DNA from: an uncultured Pseudomonadota bacterium
GTDB lineage: Bacteria; Desulfobacterota; Binatia; Binatales; Binataceae
Assembly (NCBI GenBank): GCA_963759165.1
Contig: CAVWXK010000001.1
Span: forward strand, 3,058,164 to 3,122,163
Reading direction: 5' to 3'
DNA: 64,000 nucleotides
The translations under genes were made by a program, and so were the position numbers. Each line of letters opens with the position of its first letter. Within the stretch, counting starts at the first letter, position 1. This document shows positions 28,318 through 38,759 of the stretch, one piece after another. Below the pieces are notes generated by a model. That model searched no databases. It was not told the DNA's origin and saw nothing but the letters and a program-made list of their open reading frames with translations.

Positions 28318-28568
28318 TGACTCTACAATAGAGCCTGCCTGCTTTAGGGCTAACCGGCATCGAACGCCTCATTGCAGGCTGTCGTAGGCTATGTTGGTCA
28401 GCCGACCGCCCTGCTAATTTCGCGCCACTTGTCATCTTAACCTTAAATTGCGTACCTTGTTCGCGATGCATCCAAGGCGCGTTACGAAAGGGGCATGGAC
28501 CTTGTCTCTCATTTCGGACGTTGCGCGGCCATGTATAAATCAGCTCCAACCCTGTGAACCGCTTACGC

Positions 28569-28586
28569 GCAACGCGGTCGCGTTGC
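28569..28586. promoter_or_regulatory. Perfect 8-2-8 palindrome upstream of kinase 2
   Basis: GCAACGCG-GT-CGCGTTGC in the 425-nt intergenic region between the two kinase genes. Confidence 0.2.
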
Positions 28587-28742
28587 CCATCGCGGCGCCT
28601 TTATTCTTTGCCGTCGGGAGCATTCGCCAGTTGTCGGCAAGCCGGTTGAAGCCGTGACCTGCGGCTGTTTGATAATGCCTGGGGTGGCGCTTCCTCGCGC
28701 CGGCCTTCCGGCATCTTCGCTGACCATCGACAGGAACTCCGG

Positions 28743-31700
28743 GTGAGCGTGGTCGACACGAATCAGCCATCGGCGCCCGGGCGTAACGGCACGTCGCGGG
28801 ATACTTTCGCCGACCGCGTCTACGCAACCGCCAAAGGATTGGGCTCTGAAGCTCCCGATGCGGCGCGGATGGTGCGGATATTCATATCAATCCTGCTGGC
28901 GCCTCAGATCTTTTTCTTAGGCACCACCGGCGCCTTTCCGGAGCAACTGGGTTCGTTGCTGCCGGCCCGTATCGTCGCCGTCGGCGTGATGGCGGTTCTC
29001 TTCGGCCTCACCTTCAACCGGAGGTTTGCGCGTCACTGGCAGGATGCGACGCTGATATTTTGCGGCCTCGTGATTGTCGCGGCCACTGTCGACGGACTGC
29101 GAAGCCCCCCCACCATTTTTAATTTCCTGCGGCTGATAATGTTCTCGGTTATCTCCGCGGCGTTGCTCCCCTGGTCCGCGCGGCGCCAGACCGTGCTCAA
29201 CCTTTTTTGTCTGATTTCTTTTGCGTTTCTCGCCGGGCATCAAATGCCCCTCGACCCGTTTCGCGCTTGGACCTCGTTCCTCGGCGCGCTTGTGGTTTCC
29301 GAGATTCTCGCCGTCTACCTGTCCGGCCATCGCCGGAAACTGGCCGCGCAGCTTAAGGCGCTGATCGAAAGCGAAGATCGCTTCAGACGCATTTTCAACT
29401 CCACCACCGATTCGATTGCTCTCATTTCGATACGGGATTTGACGTACCTCGACGTTAACCAGGAACTGCTGCGAGCGAGCGGGTTTGTGCGGGAGGAAAT
29501 TGTCGGCAGGAAAATCCCGGAGGTTGGCATCCTGGCCAACCCCGGTGAGTTCGCGCGGCTCCACGCGGAGTTCCTGCAATCGGGGAAACTGCTCAACCGC
29601 GAAGTTGACACCAGGACTAAAGACGGCAGGGTATTTTCGGGCCTGATATCGGTGACTCCCATTGAAATCGAGGGCCGGGAGTGCGCGCTGGCGATGGTGC
29701 GCAACATCACCGATGAGAAACGCCTCCGGGAAATGTTTGTCGGGGTTTTGGAATCCGCGCCGGACGCGATGATTGTGACCGATCCGGAAGGCAAGATCGT
29801 TCTGGCCAACGCCCGGGTCAAGAACCTGTTCGGCTACGCTGAGGCTGAGCTGATCGGCCGCAGCGTCGAGATTTTGATGCCCGAGCGTTTTCGCGGCAAC
29901 CATTCGCGGTATCTCTCCGGTTATGTCCAAGCCCCTCGCGTGCGGCCGATGGGCGCCGGCGTCGAGATCTTTGGCCTCCGAAAAGACGGAAGCGAATTCC
30001 CGGCCGAGATCAGCCTGAGCCCCGTGAGGACCGCGCAAGGATTGCTTATCGCCAGCAGCATCCGCGACATCACCGCACGCAAGCAGGTGGAGATGGCGAC
30101 TCGGCAACTGGCGGCGATCGTCGAATCTTCCGAAGACGCCATCGCCAGCGCGACGCTCGACGGCACCATCACCAGTTGGAACCCCGGGGCCGAGAACCTC
30201 TTCGGCTATTCGGCGGCCGAAATCGTCGGTCGATCTTCCAGGCTCTTTGTTGGGCCCGATGCCTGGCCCGGATTTCAGCGAATGTTGGAGACCATCGGCC
30301 GGCAGGGGGGCATCCACAGGTACGAGGCGCGACGGCGGAAAAAAGACGGTGCGCCGGTCGATATCTCCGTAACCCTCTCTCCGATTTACGACGACGCCGG
30401 CGTCGTGGTGGGCGCTTCGGCAATCGGCAGGGACATCACCGCGCGCAAGCGCACCGAACTGGAACAGCAGCAGAGTGAAGAAAAGTTCAGGAAGATATTC
30501 GATGCGAGCACCGACGTAATTTCGATAAATTCTTTGGCCGATGGAAGATACATCGACGTCAACGGCGAATTCGAAACCTTTACCGGTTATGCCCGCGAGG
30601 AAACGATCGGCAGGACTCCGCGAGAACTAAAACTTTGGCCCAACGATGACGACCTGAAAACATTGATGCGGGAACTCCGCACCGGGGGGTTCGTTCGCAA
30701 CCTCGAATCCGATTTCCTCACCAAGTCCGGCGAGCGGCGCTCCCGCCTGCTTTCCGCGGTGCTAATCGACTTTGCGGGTGAGCGCTGCATCCTCTCGTTT
30801 TCCCGCGACATCACCGAGCGCAAGCGCGCCGAGGAGACGCGCGCGCTGCTGGCGACGATCGTGGAGTCCGCCGACGAGGCAATCTTCAGCGCCGATTCCG
30901 AGCTCAGGATCACGAGCTGGAATCCGGGCGCGGAAAAACTCTATGGATATGCTCCATCCGAGATCATTGGGCGATCGGTCGGGGTCACGGTTCCTCCCGA
31001 TGCTTTCGACCAATTTGAGCGGGCGCGCTCCAGCCTGAGGCGAGGGCGAGGCGTCCAACGGTACGAGGCCAAGCGGCTGAGGAAGGACGGCACCCTGTTT
31101 GACGCCTACGTAATGGTGTCTCCGATTTATGACGCAAACGGCGCTTTCGCCGGCACCTCGGCGATCATCAGCGACATCAGCGAACGCAAACGCGCCGAGG
31201 AGACAGTTCAGCGCCTGGCGGCGATCGTCGCATCCTCCGACGACGCCATGGGAAGCGCCACTCTCGACGGTATCGTAACCGCCTGGAATCCCGCCGCGGC
31301 CCGGTTGTACGGATATTCAACGGCTGAAGTGGTCGGCAAGCCCCTCGGAACCTTTCTCAGCCCGGAGGAGCTGCCAGAGGCCCAGAACGCCGTCGCGTGG
31401 GTCGCGCAGGGTAAGGGCGTCTACAGGTACGAGAGCCGGCGCGGGAGAAAGGACGGAACGCGGGTCAATATCTCCGTAATAGTGTCGCCGATCCGCGATG
31501 CTGCAGGCACTATAGTCGGCGCCTCGGCGATCGCTCGCGACATCACCGAGCGCAAGCGCGCCGAGGAGAGCCGCGCGCTGCTGGCGTCGATCGTGGAGTC
31601 CGCCGACGACGCAATCGTCAGCGCGGACCTGGACCGGAAGATAACCAGCTCGGAATCCGGGCGCGGAAAAACTCTACGGATATTCCGCGGCGGAAATCAT

Positions 31701-33353
31701 CGGCCAGCCGCTCGAGATTCTGCTTCCGTCCGACCGTCCGGATGAGATTAAGAACAGACGCGCAATGATGCGGCGCGGCGAAGGGCTGCAAAAATACGAG
31801 ACCAAACGGCGCCGCAAGGACGGCACCATCATCGACGTAAGCATGACCGTCTCCTTCATTTACGATGCGGCAGGGGCGGTCGTCGGGGGGTCATCGATTA
31901 CTCACGACATCACCGAGCGCAAGCGCGCCGAGGAGACGCGGGCGCTCCTCGCGGCCGTCGTGCAGTCCGCCGACGACGCGATCGTCAGTGGTAACCTCGA
32001 CTGGAGCATCACCAGCTGGAATCCGGGCGCGGAAAAACTCTACGGGTATTCCGCAGCGGAGGTTATAGGGCGATCGCTCGATCTCCTGGTCCCTTCCGCT
32101 CGTTCGGAGGAAACCCGGCAACTGCGCGCCAGATTAGTGCGGGGTGAAAGCGTTCAGCAGTTTGAAACCAGGCGCGTGAAGAAGGATGGCACCCTGTTCG
32201 ACGCCTCGATTACCGTCTCTCCCGTTTACGATGCGAACGGCGCCGTGGTGGGAGTTTCGGCGTTCACCAAGGATATCACCGAGCGCAAGCGTGCCGAGGA
32301 GAGCCGTGCGCTGTTGGCAACAATCGTGCAATTCGCCGACGACGCGATCGTCAGCACGGACTTGACCGGGAAAATAATGACCTGGAATCCGGGCGCGGAG
32401 AAACTCTACGGCTATCGTGCCGACGAAATCGTGGGGCAAACGATCGGGCTTCTGGTCCCCCCGGACCGTTCGAACGAGATCAGCCGGTTTCGCGCCAGGA
32501 TAATCCATGGAGAAGGAGTCCAACGGTACGAAACCAGTCGAGTGAAAAAGGACGGCGCTTTGGTCGATATATCCGCAAGCCTGTCCCCCATCTACGATGC
32601 GGGCGGCGCGATCGTCGGCACCGCCTCGATCACCCGCGACATCACCGAGCGCAGACTTGCCGAACGCGCCAAAGAACTGGCCCGCTCGAACGCGGAGTCG
32701 AGGACTTCGCCTACGTAGTGTCGCACGATCTGCGCCAGCCGCTCCACAACGTCACCGCCTACGTGCGCCTCCTGACCAGGGAATACCAGGGCAAGTTGAG
32801 CGCGGACGCGGATGAGTATATCCGCTACGCTCTCGACGGCGTGACGTGGATGCAGAAGCTGATCGACGACGTGCTCATCTATGCGCGGGCGACCACGGAC
32901 AAAAAAGCGCTCGAGCCGACCGATTTCGCTTCGGTTGTGAGCCAGGCGATCGACAATCTCTCAGTCGCTATCGAGAATCAAAAGGCTACCGTCACCTATG
33001 AGCCCATGCCTACCGTTGCGGCTGACGGTCGCGCGATGACGCAGGTGTTTCAGAACCTGATTGACAACGCGCTCAAGTTCCGCGGCGAGGAGCCGCCCAG
33101 CGTGCATCTGGGCGCGAAACGCGGAGCGGGAGAGTGGGTTTTCTCGGTGCGCGATAACGGGATTGGGATCGCTCCCGAGCACACCCGTGATCTCTTCATG
33201 ATGTTCCATCGTCTGCACAACCGCCGCGAGTATCCGGGGAGCGGAATCGGACTGGCGGTTTGCAGGAAGATCGTCGAGCAGCACGGCGGCCGGATTTGGG
33301 TCGAGTCCGAGCCCGGCCGCGGCACGACCTTCTATTTCACCATCCCGGCGTGA
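28743..33353 (+). CDS. Giant membrane sensor histidine kinase with nine PAS domains; interrupted as sequenced by +1 (31652) and -1 (32697/32698) frame errors
   Basis: ORFs 28743..31745, 31765..32718 and 32718..33353 join into one 1536-aa protein. Deleting C31652 turns ACC AGC T-C-GG AAT into TSWNP, as in the sister repeats. Adding a C in GAG-TCGAG gives AELEDFAYVVSHDLRQPL (H-box). The N-terminal TM domain and the kinase core are paralogous to kinase 1. Confidence 0.85.
30069..32643 (+). repeat. In-frame tandem array of PAS-domain units (366-nt period) inside the giant kinase
   Basis: The junction codons ATC-(ACC/AGC)-(GAG/GAA/GCG)-CGC (D-I-T/S-E/A-R-K) recur at 30069, 30435, 30810, 31176, 31542, 31909, 32275 and 32641. 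Spacings are 366, 375, 366, 366, 367, 366, 366; the 367 contains the extra base. Recurrent signature ITSWNPGAEKLYGY. Confidence 0.9.
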
Positions 33354-33380
33354 CGGCCCGCCGGACGGATCGCGCGGCGC

Positions 33381-34823
33381 TCAGATGCCCTCAATCGTCG
33401 CGAGTGCGGCCTTCAGCCGGGCCACCGTGCGCTCCTTGCCCAGCACCGCGATTACCTCGTAGATCCCCGGACTCACGCTGCCTCCGGTAAGCGCCACTCG
33501 CACCGGCTGCGCGAGCTGGCCGAGCTTGAGACCGCAGCGCGCGAGCACGCGCGCGAAGCCGGCGTGAATCGAGGCCTCGCTGAAATCGCCGTCGAGCGCG
33601 CCGAGTTCGTCGGCGAGCTGTTTGAGCGGCTCCGCGATCTCGGGTTTCAGGAACTTGGCGGCCGCCTTGGCGTCGATTCGAAGATCGTCGCTCAGGTAGA
33701 AGTGGGCGAATTCGACCAGCTCCACCAGCGTCTTGGCGCGCTCGCGAAGCGTCGCGACCATCTTCTCCAGCCACGCCTGGTCGCCCGGAATCCGGTAGCC
33801 CTGCTTTTCGATAAACGGCAGGACCTCGCGCGAGAGCCGCGCCACGTCGCGCTCCTTGAGGTAGTGAAAGTTCAGCCACAGCATCTTTTCCGCGTTGAAG
33901 ATGCCCGGCGATTTGCCGCACGCCGAAAAATCGAACTTCTCGATCAACTCCTGCCGGGAAAAAATCTCCTGATCCCCGGATGACCATCCCAGCCGCGCCA
34001 GATAGTTCACGATCGTCTCCGGAAAGTAGCCCGCGTCGCGATAGGCGAACACCGACGTCACTCCGTGGCGCTTGGAGAGCGGCTTGCCGTCGGGCCCCAT
34101 CACCATCGGCAGATGCGCGTACTCGGGCGGCTTGAATCCGAGCGCGTAGAAAATCTGCATCTGGCGCGGGGTGTTGGGCAGATGGTCGTCGCCGCGCACC
34201 ACGTGCGTGATTTTGAAATCGGCGTCATCGACGACCGTGGCGAAATTGTAGGTCGGAACGCCGTCCGAGCGCACGATTACCAGGTCGTCGAGTTCGGTGT
34301 TGACGAACACCGCGCGGCCCTTGACCAGATCTTCCACCACCGTTTCGCCCTCGCGGGGCGAGCGAAATCGGATGGTGTAGTTGCGTCCCGCTTTTCTGTC
34401 CGGCAGCGGCAGGTCAGGAGCATACGGCTTCTCCCGGCAGGTGCCGTCGTAGCCGGGCTTGCGCTTCTCGCGCTCGGCCTGCTTGCGTTTGGCATCGAGT
34501 TCTTCGGCGCTGCAATAGCAGGGATACGCCTTGCGATCGCGGATCAGCCTGAGCGCGCATTCGTTGTAGCGGCCGAAGCGATTGGATTGGAAGTAGGCCG
34601 GATCGGGCGGACCTTCATCCCACTCCAGGCCGAGCCATTTGAGGCTCTCGATGATCTCTTCGAGCGATTCCTTGGTCGAGCGCTCCTGGTCGGTATCGTC
34701 GACCCGCAGGATGAAAACGCCGCCATGATGGCGTGCGAAGAGATAGGCGAACAGTCCCGAACGGACGTTGCCGATATGGAGCGAGCCGGTCGGGCTCGGC
34801 GCGTAGCGGCTGCGAACAATCAT
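33381..34823 (-). CDS. gltX: Glutamyl-tRNA synthetase
   Basis: APSPTGSLHIGNVR (HIGH) and PLSKRHG (KMSKS-like); 480 aa. Confidence 0.95.
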   Translation of the reverse strand: MIVRSRYAPSPTGSLHIGNVRSGLFAYLFARHHGGVFILRVDDTDQERSTKESLEEIIESLKWLGLEWDEGPPDPAYFQSNRFGRYNECALRLIRDRKAYPCYCSAEELDAKRKQAEREKRKPGYDGTCREKPYAPDLPLPDRKAGRNYTIRFRSPREGETVVEDLVKGRAVFVNTELDDLVIVRSDGVPTYNFATVVDDADFKITHVVRGDDHLPNTPRQMQIFYALGFKPPEYAHLPMVMGPDGKPLSKRHGVTSVFAYRDAGYFPETIVNYLARLGWSSGDQEIFSRQELIEKFDFSACGKSPGIFNAEKMLWLNFHYLKERDVARLSREVLPFIEKQGYRIPGDQAWLEKMVATLRERAKTLVELVEFAHFYLSDDLRIDAKAAAKFLKPEIAEPLKQLADELGALDGDFSEASIHAGFARVLARCGLKLGQLAQPVRVALTGGSVSPGIYEVIAVLGKERTVARLKAALATIEGI

Positions 34824-34827
34824 CCTG

Positions 34828-36360
34828 CTATTCCCATTCGATCGTGGCCGGCGGCTTGGAGGTCACGTCGTAGACCACGCGGTTGACGCCCTTTACTTCG
34901 TTGGTGATCCGACTCGACATCGTCGCCAGCAGGTCGGAATCGAGCCGCGCCCAATCGGCGGTCATTCCGTCTGAGGACTCCACCGCGCGAATCGCGATCG
35001 CGCTCTCGTAGCTGCGTCCGTCGCCCATCACGCCCACCGTCTTGAGCGGCAGCAGCACCGCGAACGCCTGCCACAGCTTCTGCGAGAGGCCGGCCCTGCG
35101 GATTTCCTCGACCACGATTTGATCGGCCTTGCGCAGCAATTCGAGCCGCCCGCGCGTAACCTCTCCGACGATCCGCACCGCCAGGCCGGGGCCGGGGAAC
35201 GGCTCGCGATCGACGATTTCGGATGGCAGCCCGAGTTCGCGGCCGACTTCGCGGACCTCGTCCTTGAACAGCTCGCGCAGCGGCTCGATCAGTTCGAGTT
35301 GCATCCGCTCGGGCAATCCGCCGACGTTATGATGGCTCTTGATCGTCGCCGACGGTCCCTTGAAGGAGACCGACTCGATTACGTCGGGATAGAGCGTTCC
35401 CTGACCGAGAAAGCGCACGCCGCCGATCGCGCGGGCCTCGCGCTCGAAGACGTCGATAAACGTATGGCCGATGATCCGGCGCTTCTGCTCCGGATCGATC
35501 ACGTCGCGAAGCCGCTCGAGAAACAGCTCGCTGGCGTCGATAACCTTGAGCTCGATCCCTTGTCGGCGCGCGAACAGATTCTCGACGCGCTCGCGCTCGC
35601 CCGCGCGCAACAGCGCATTGTCCACGAACACGCACTTGAGCCGCTCGCCCACCGCCCGTCCGATCAGCGCCGCCGCCACCGCCGAATCGACGCCGCCCGA
35701 GAGCGCCATCAGCACGCGGTCGTCGTGGCCCACGCGCGCGGCAATCTCCGCAATCTTGGTCCGCGCGAAATTCGCCATGTTCCAGTCGCCGGGCTCGCCG
35801 CAGATGCGATATGCGAAGTTGCGCAGCACCTGCGCGCCGCACGGCGTATGGGTCACCTCGGGATGGAACTGGATTCCGTAGAGCCGGCCGTCGTCGCTTC
35901 GAATCGCGGCGTAGGGCGAATTGGCGCTGTGGCCGATCACTCCGAGCCCTTGCGGCATCGTCTCGATCCGATCGCCGTGGCTCATCCACACCAGATGCTC
36001 GCGCCCCTCGATCCCTTCGAACAGCCCGCCCGGATCGTCGATTATCAGCGTCGCCGGACCGTACTCGCGCGCCCGCGCGCCCGCGCTTCGCGCCCCCATG
36101 TGCTGCGCGATTACGTACATCCCGTAGCAGATGCCGAGGATCGGGCATCCGACGCGCAGCACTTCGTCGGCGATATCGGGCGCGCCGCCTTCGTAGAGGC
36201 TGGCCGGACCGCCGGACAGGATTATCCCGCGCGGCTTCAGCGCGCGAATCTTCTCCAGCGGCAGATCGTAAGGATGGATCTCGCAATAAACCCGTGCCTC
36301 GCGGATCCGACGGGCTATGAGCTGCGTGTACTGGCTGCCGAAATCGAGAATCAGGATCAC
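34828..36360 (-). CDS. guaA: GMP synthase (glutamine-hydrolysing)
   Basis: [21 protein letters not shown], GATase domain, PP-loop [11 protein letters not shown]-terminus PPATIEWE. Confidence 0.97.
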   Translation of the reverse strand: MILILDFGSQYTQLIARRIREARVYCEIHPYDLPLEKIRALKPRGIILSGGPASLYEGGAPDIADEVLRVGCPILGICYGMYVIAQHMGARSAGARAREYGPATLIIDDPGGLFEGIEGREHLVWMSHGDRIETMPQGLGVIGHSANSPYAAIRSDDGRLYGIQFHPEVTHTPCGAQVLRNFAYRICGEPGDWNMANFARTKIAEIAARVGHDDRVLMALSGGVDSAVAAALIGRAVGERLKCVFVDNALLRAGERERVENLFARRQGIELKVIDASELFLERLRDVIDPEQKRRIIGHTFIDVFEREARAIGGVRFLGQGTLYPDVIESVSFKGPSATIKSHHNVGGLPERMQLELIEPLRELFKDEVREVGRELGLPSEIVDREPFPGPGLAVRIVGEVTRGRLELLRKADQIVVEEIRRAGLSQKLWQAFAVLLPLKTVGVMGDGRSYESAIAIRAVESSDGMTADWARLDSDLLATMSSRITNEVKGVNRVVYDVTSKPPATIEWE

Positions 36361-36421
36361 TGGATGGTACGCCTTGCCGAAATACTATAGCGAAGGCTCA
36401 GCCTACCGCGAAATGCGGCGC

Positions 36422-37855
36422 TCAATGAGTCTTGCCATCGGCTCGAGCGACGCGGGCATCCGGAGCGGCGCTTGCCGCGTGCCCCGACACCCGTTTTTGG
36501 AACTGGAGGCGAAGCGGCGTTCCGGTCAGATCGAGCGCGGCGCGGAAGCGGCCTTCCAGAAACCGGATGTAGTGAGGCGGGATGTCGCGTTCGAGGTTGC
36601 AGAAGAACTTGAGCCGCGGCGGCGAGTTCGAAATCTGGCTCACGTAGAGCAGGTTCAGGCGCCGCCCGGCGATCATCGGCGGGTCCGTCGCCTCAACCGC
36701 GTCGGCCAGAATCTTGTTCAGGCGCGAGGTCTGGAACGTCGCCCGGTAGCAGGCGCCGACCCTGAGCGCCGTCGGGATTATGTCGCGAATTCCCGAACCG
36801 TTGACCGCCGACGTATAGACAATCGGCGCGAACTCCAGAAACGGATAACGCTCGGCGGCGTCGCGCGTGAAGGCGGCGGTCTTGCGGCCAAGCTTGGCGG
36901 CCAGATCCCACTTGTTGCAGATCACCAGCAGCGCCCGGTCTTCGTTTTCCACCAGCCGCGCCAGCCGCGCGTCCTGATCGGTAATCCCCTCGGTGGCATC
37001 GACCACCAACGCCACCACTTCAGCGCGACGGATCGTATGGATCGCGCGGCCCACCGCCTCGTGCTCGAGTTCGCCCTCGACCCGCGTGCGCCGGCGAATT
37101 CCGGCGGTATCGATCAGCAGCACGCTGCGGCCATCGATTTCGAGCCGAACGTCAACCGCGTCGCGAGTGGTGCCGGGAATTTCCGAGACGATCGATCGTT
37201 CGAAGCCGACCAACTGATTGAGCAGCGAGGACTTGCCGGCGTTGGGCCGCCCGATCAGCGCCACTCGCAGATCGGGCGGCTCGGCGGGCGCCACTTCCGG
37301 CGCGCGGAGCAGTCCGACTATCGCTTCGAGCAACTCCTCCATCCCGCGCCCATGCGCCGCCGAGATGAAAAACAGACGCTCGGCGCCGAGCGCGTAAAAC
37401 TCGGATGCCTCGGTTTCCACGGCCGGACGATCGATCTTGTTAACCGCGATCAGAACCGGGCGGTCGACTTCCCTGATGATCGCGAGCGCCTCCTTGTCGG
37501 CGGCGCTCAGACCCGCCCTGCCGTCCACGAGGTACACCACCACATCGGCCGAGGCGACCGCCTGCATCGCCGCCTGCGTCACGCTCTCGGTGAGTCGTTC
37601 GCCGCCGGCGAGTTCGAGCCCGCCGCTATCGACCATCAGAAACCGATGGTCATCGTATTGCGCGGGCGCGATGTTGAGATCGCGCGTGGTGCCGGGGATA
37701 GCGCTGACGATCGCCTTGTGGCCGTGAGTTATTCGATTGAACAGCGTCGACTTGCCCGCGTTGACGCGTCCCGCCAGGACCACGATCGGCAGTTCCTGCC
37801 GCGAAAGCACTTCAGATCCGCCCTGCGCGGCGCGTTGGGTTTTCTTATTGCTCAT
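36422..37855 (-). CDS. der: Ribosome-biogenesis GTPase Der (EngA)
   Basis: Two G domains (GRVNAGKSTLFN, GRPNAGKSSLLN) plus a KH-like C-terminus. Confidence 0.95.
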   Translation of the reverse strand: MSNKKTQRAAQGGSEVLSRQELPIVVLAGRVNAGKSTLFNRITHGHKAIVSAIPGTTRDLNIAPAQYDDHRFLMVDSGGLELAGGERLTESVTQAAMQAVASADVVVYLVDGRAGLSAADKEALAIIREVDRPVLIAVNKIDRPAVETEASEFYALGAERLFFISAAHGRGMEELLEAIVGLLRAPEVAPAEPPDLRVALIGRPNAGKSSLLNQLVGFERSIVSEIPGTTRDAVDVRLEIDGRSVLLIDTAGIRRRTRVEGELEHEAVGRAIHTIRRAEVVALVVDATEGITDQDARLARLVENEDRALLVICNKWDLAAKLGRKTAAFTRDAAERYPFLEFAPIVYTSAVNGSGIRDIIPTALRVGACYRATFQTSRLNKILADAVEATDPPMIAGRRLNLLYVSQISNSPPRLKFFCNLERDIPPHYIRFLEGRFRAALDLTGTPLRLQFQKRVSGHAASAAPDARVARADGKTH

Positions 37856-37862
37856 TTCGATT

Positions 37863-38759
37863 TTAGAGGCCGAATTCCTCGATGCGCCGCGGATCGCGAG
37901 TCCAGTCCTTTTCCACCTTGACCAGCAGTTTGAGGAAGACCCGCGATTCGAACATCTGCTCGAGCTCGATCCGCGCGCTTTGGCCGATTTCTTTCAACTG
38001 CCGGCCGCCCGCGCCGATCATCATGCCCTTGTGCGATTCGCGATCGATCACGATCACCGCCGAGATTCGCAGCAGTCCGCCATCGACCGTGAACTCCTCA
38101 ACCCTGACCGCCGTCGAGAAGGGAAGCTCTTCGCGCATCGCCAGAAAAATCTTCTCGCGAACCACTTCCTCCGCGAGCATCCGCTCGGTCTGGTCGGTGT
38201 ACTGATCGGCCGGCATCAGCGCCGGCCCGACGGGCAGCATCCGCTTGATCGTGGCCACCAGCTCTTCGATATTATCGCCGTTGAGCGCGCTCACCGGCAC
38301 GATCTCTGCCTCGGGCGCCAGGGCCAGAGCCTCCTGAACGATCGTAATCAGGGCCACGCGGGCAAACAGATCGATCTTGTTGATCGCGACGATTTTGGGC
38401 TGCGGCATTTGGCTGAGCTCCGCGAGAAACTCGCGGTCGCCAGGGCCAAGCCGCGGCGACGCCTCGATCACGCCGACCACGACCTCGCCTTCCTTGAGGC
38501 ACGCGCGCGCGCGGCCGACCATGCGCTGGTTGAGCAGTTTGCGCGCCTCATGAATTCCGGGCATGTCGATCAAAAGAATTTGGGCGTCAGCGTCGTGGCG
38601 AATCCCGAGAATCCGCCGCCGCGTAGTCTGCGGACGCGGCGTAACGATCGCGACCTTGTGGCCGACCAATCGGTTGAGCAGGGTCGATTTGCCGACGTTG
38701 GATCGGCCGCCCAGGGCTACGAAGCCGGAACGGAATTCGCTATTTGCTTGCTCGCGCAC
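37863..38759 (-). CDS. era: GTPase Era
   Basis: Likely GTG start at 38759 (VREQANSEFRSGFVALGGRSNVGKSTLLN), giving 298 aa. KH domain at the C-terminus. Overlaps the rnc stop by 20 nt. Confidence 0.9.
   Translation of the reverse strand: MREQANSEFRSGFVALGGRSNVGKSTLLNRLVGHKVAIVTPRPQTTRRRILGIRHDADAQILLIDMPGIHEARKLLNQRMVGRARACLKEGEVVVGVIEASPRLGPGDREFLAELSQMPQPKIVAINKIDLFARVALITIVQEALALAPEAEIVPVSALNGDNIEELVATIKRMLPVGPALMPADQYTDQTERMLAEEVVREKIFLAMREELPFSTAVRVEEFTVDGGLLRISAVIVIDRESHKGMMIGAGGRQLKEIGQSARIELEQMFESRVFLKLLVKVEKDWTRDPRRIEEFGL

Noticed and set aside
28917-30317. 466-aa minus-strand ORF inside the giant PAS kinase gene (similar cases: 35119..36390, 39797..40834, 40846..41889, 56184..57494, 61274..62152, 12193..12915)
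   Set aside because: All lie antisense to genes with strong family signatures. They have no start context or SD and have biased R/G/D/H composition. I treat them as non-coding shadows.
30069-32643. Regular 366-nt periodicity considered as a CRISPR/satellite or mobile tandem repeat
   Set aside because: The units are in-frame, diverged at the protein level and encode complete PAS folds. There are no short invariant repeats with unique spacers and no cas or transposase genes. It is a coding domain array.
35327-36286. 319-aa same-strand alternate-frame ORF within guaA (similar cases: 33391..33987 in gltX, 40997..41575 in mnmA, 45756..46448, 44017..44799)
   Set aside because: These are out-of-frame overlaps with conserved genes. 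Their translations are extremely Arg/Ala/Gly/Pro-rich, as expected from reading GC-rich codons off-frame.
36317-37921. 534-aa plus-strand ORF covering the whole der locus
   Set aside because: It is antisense to a textbook Der/EngA GTPase (two G domains). Its translation is Arg/Asp/Gly/His-rich and low in complexity, with no motifs. This is the typical open antisense frame of a GC-rich gene.
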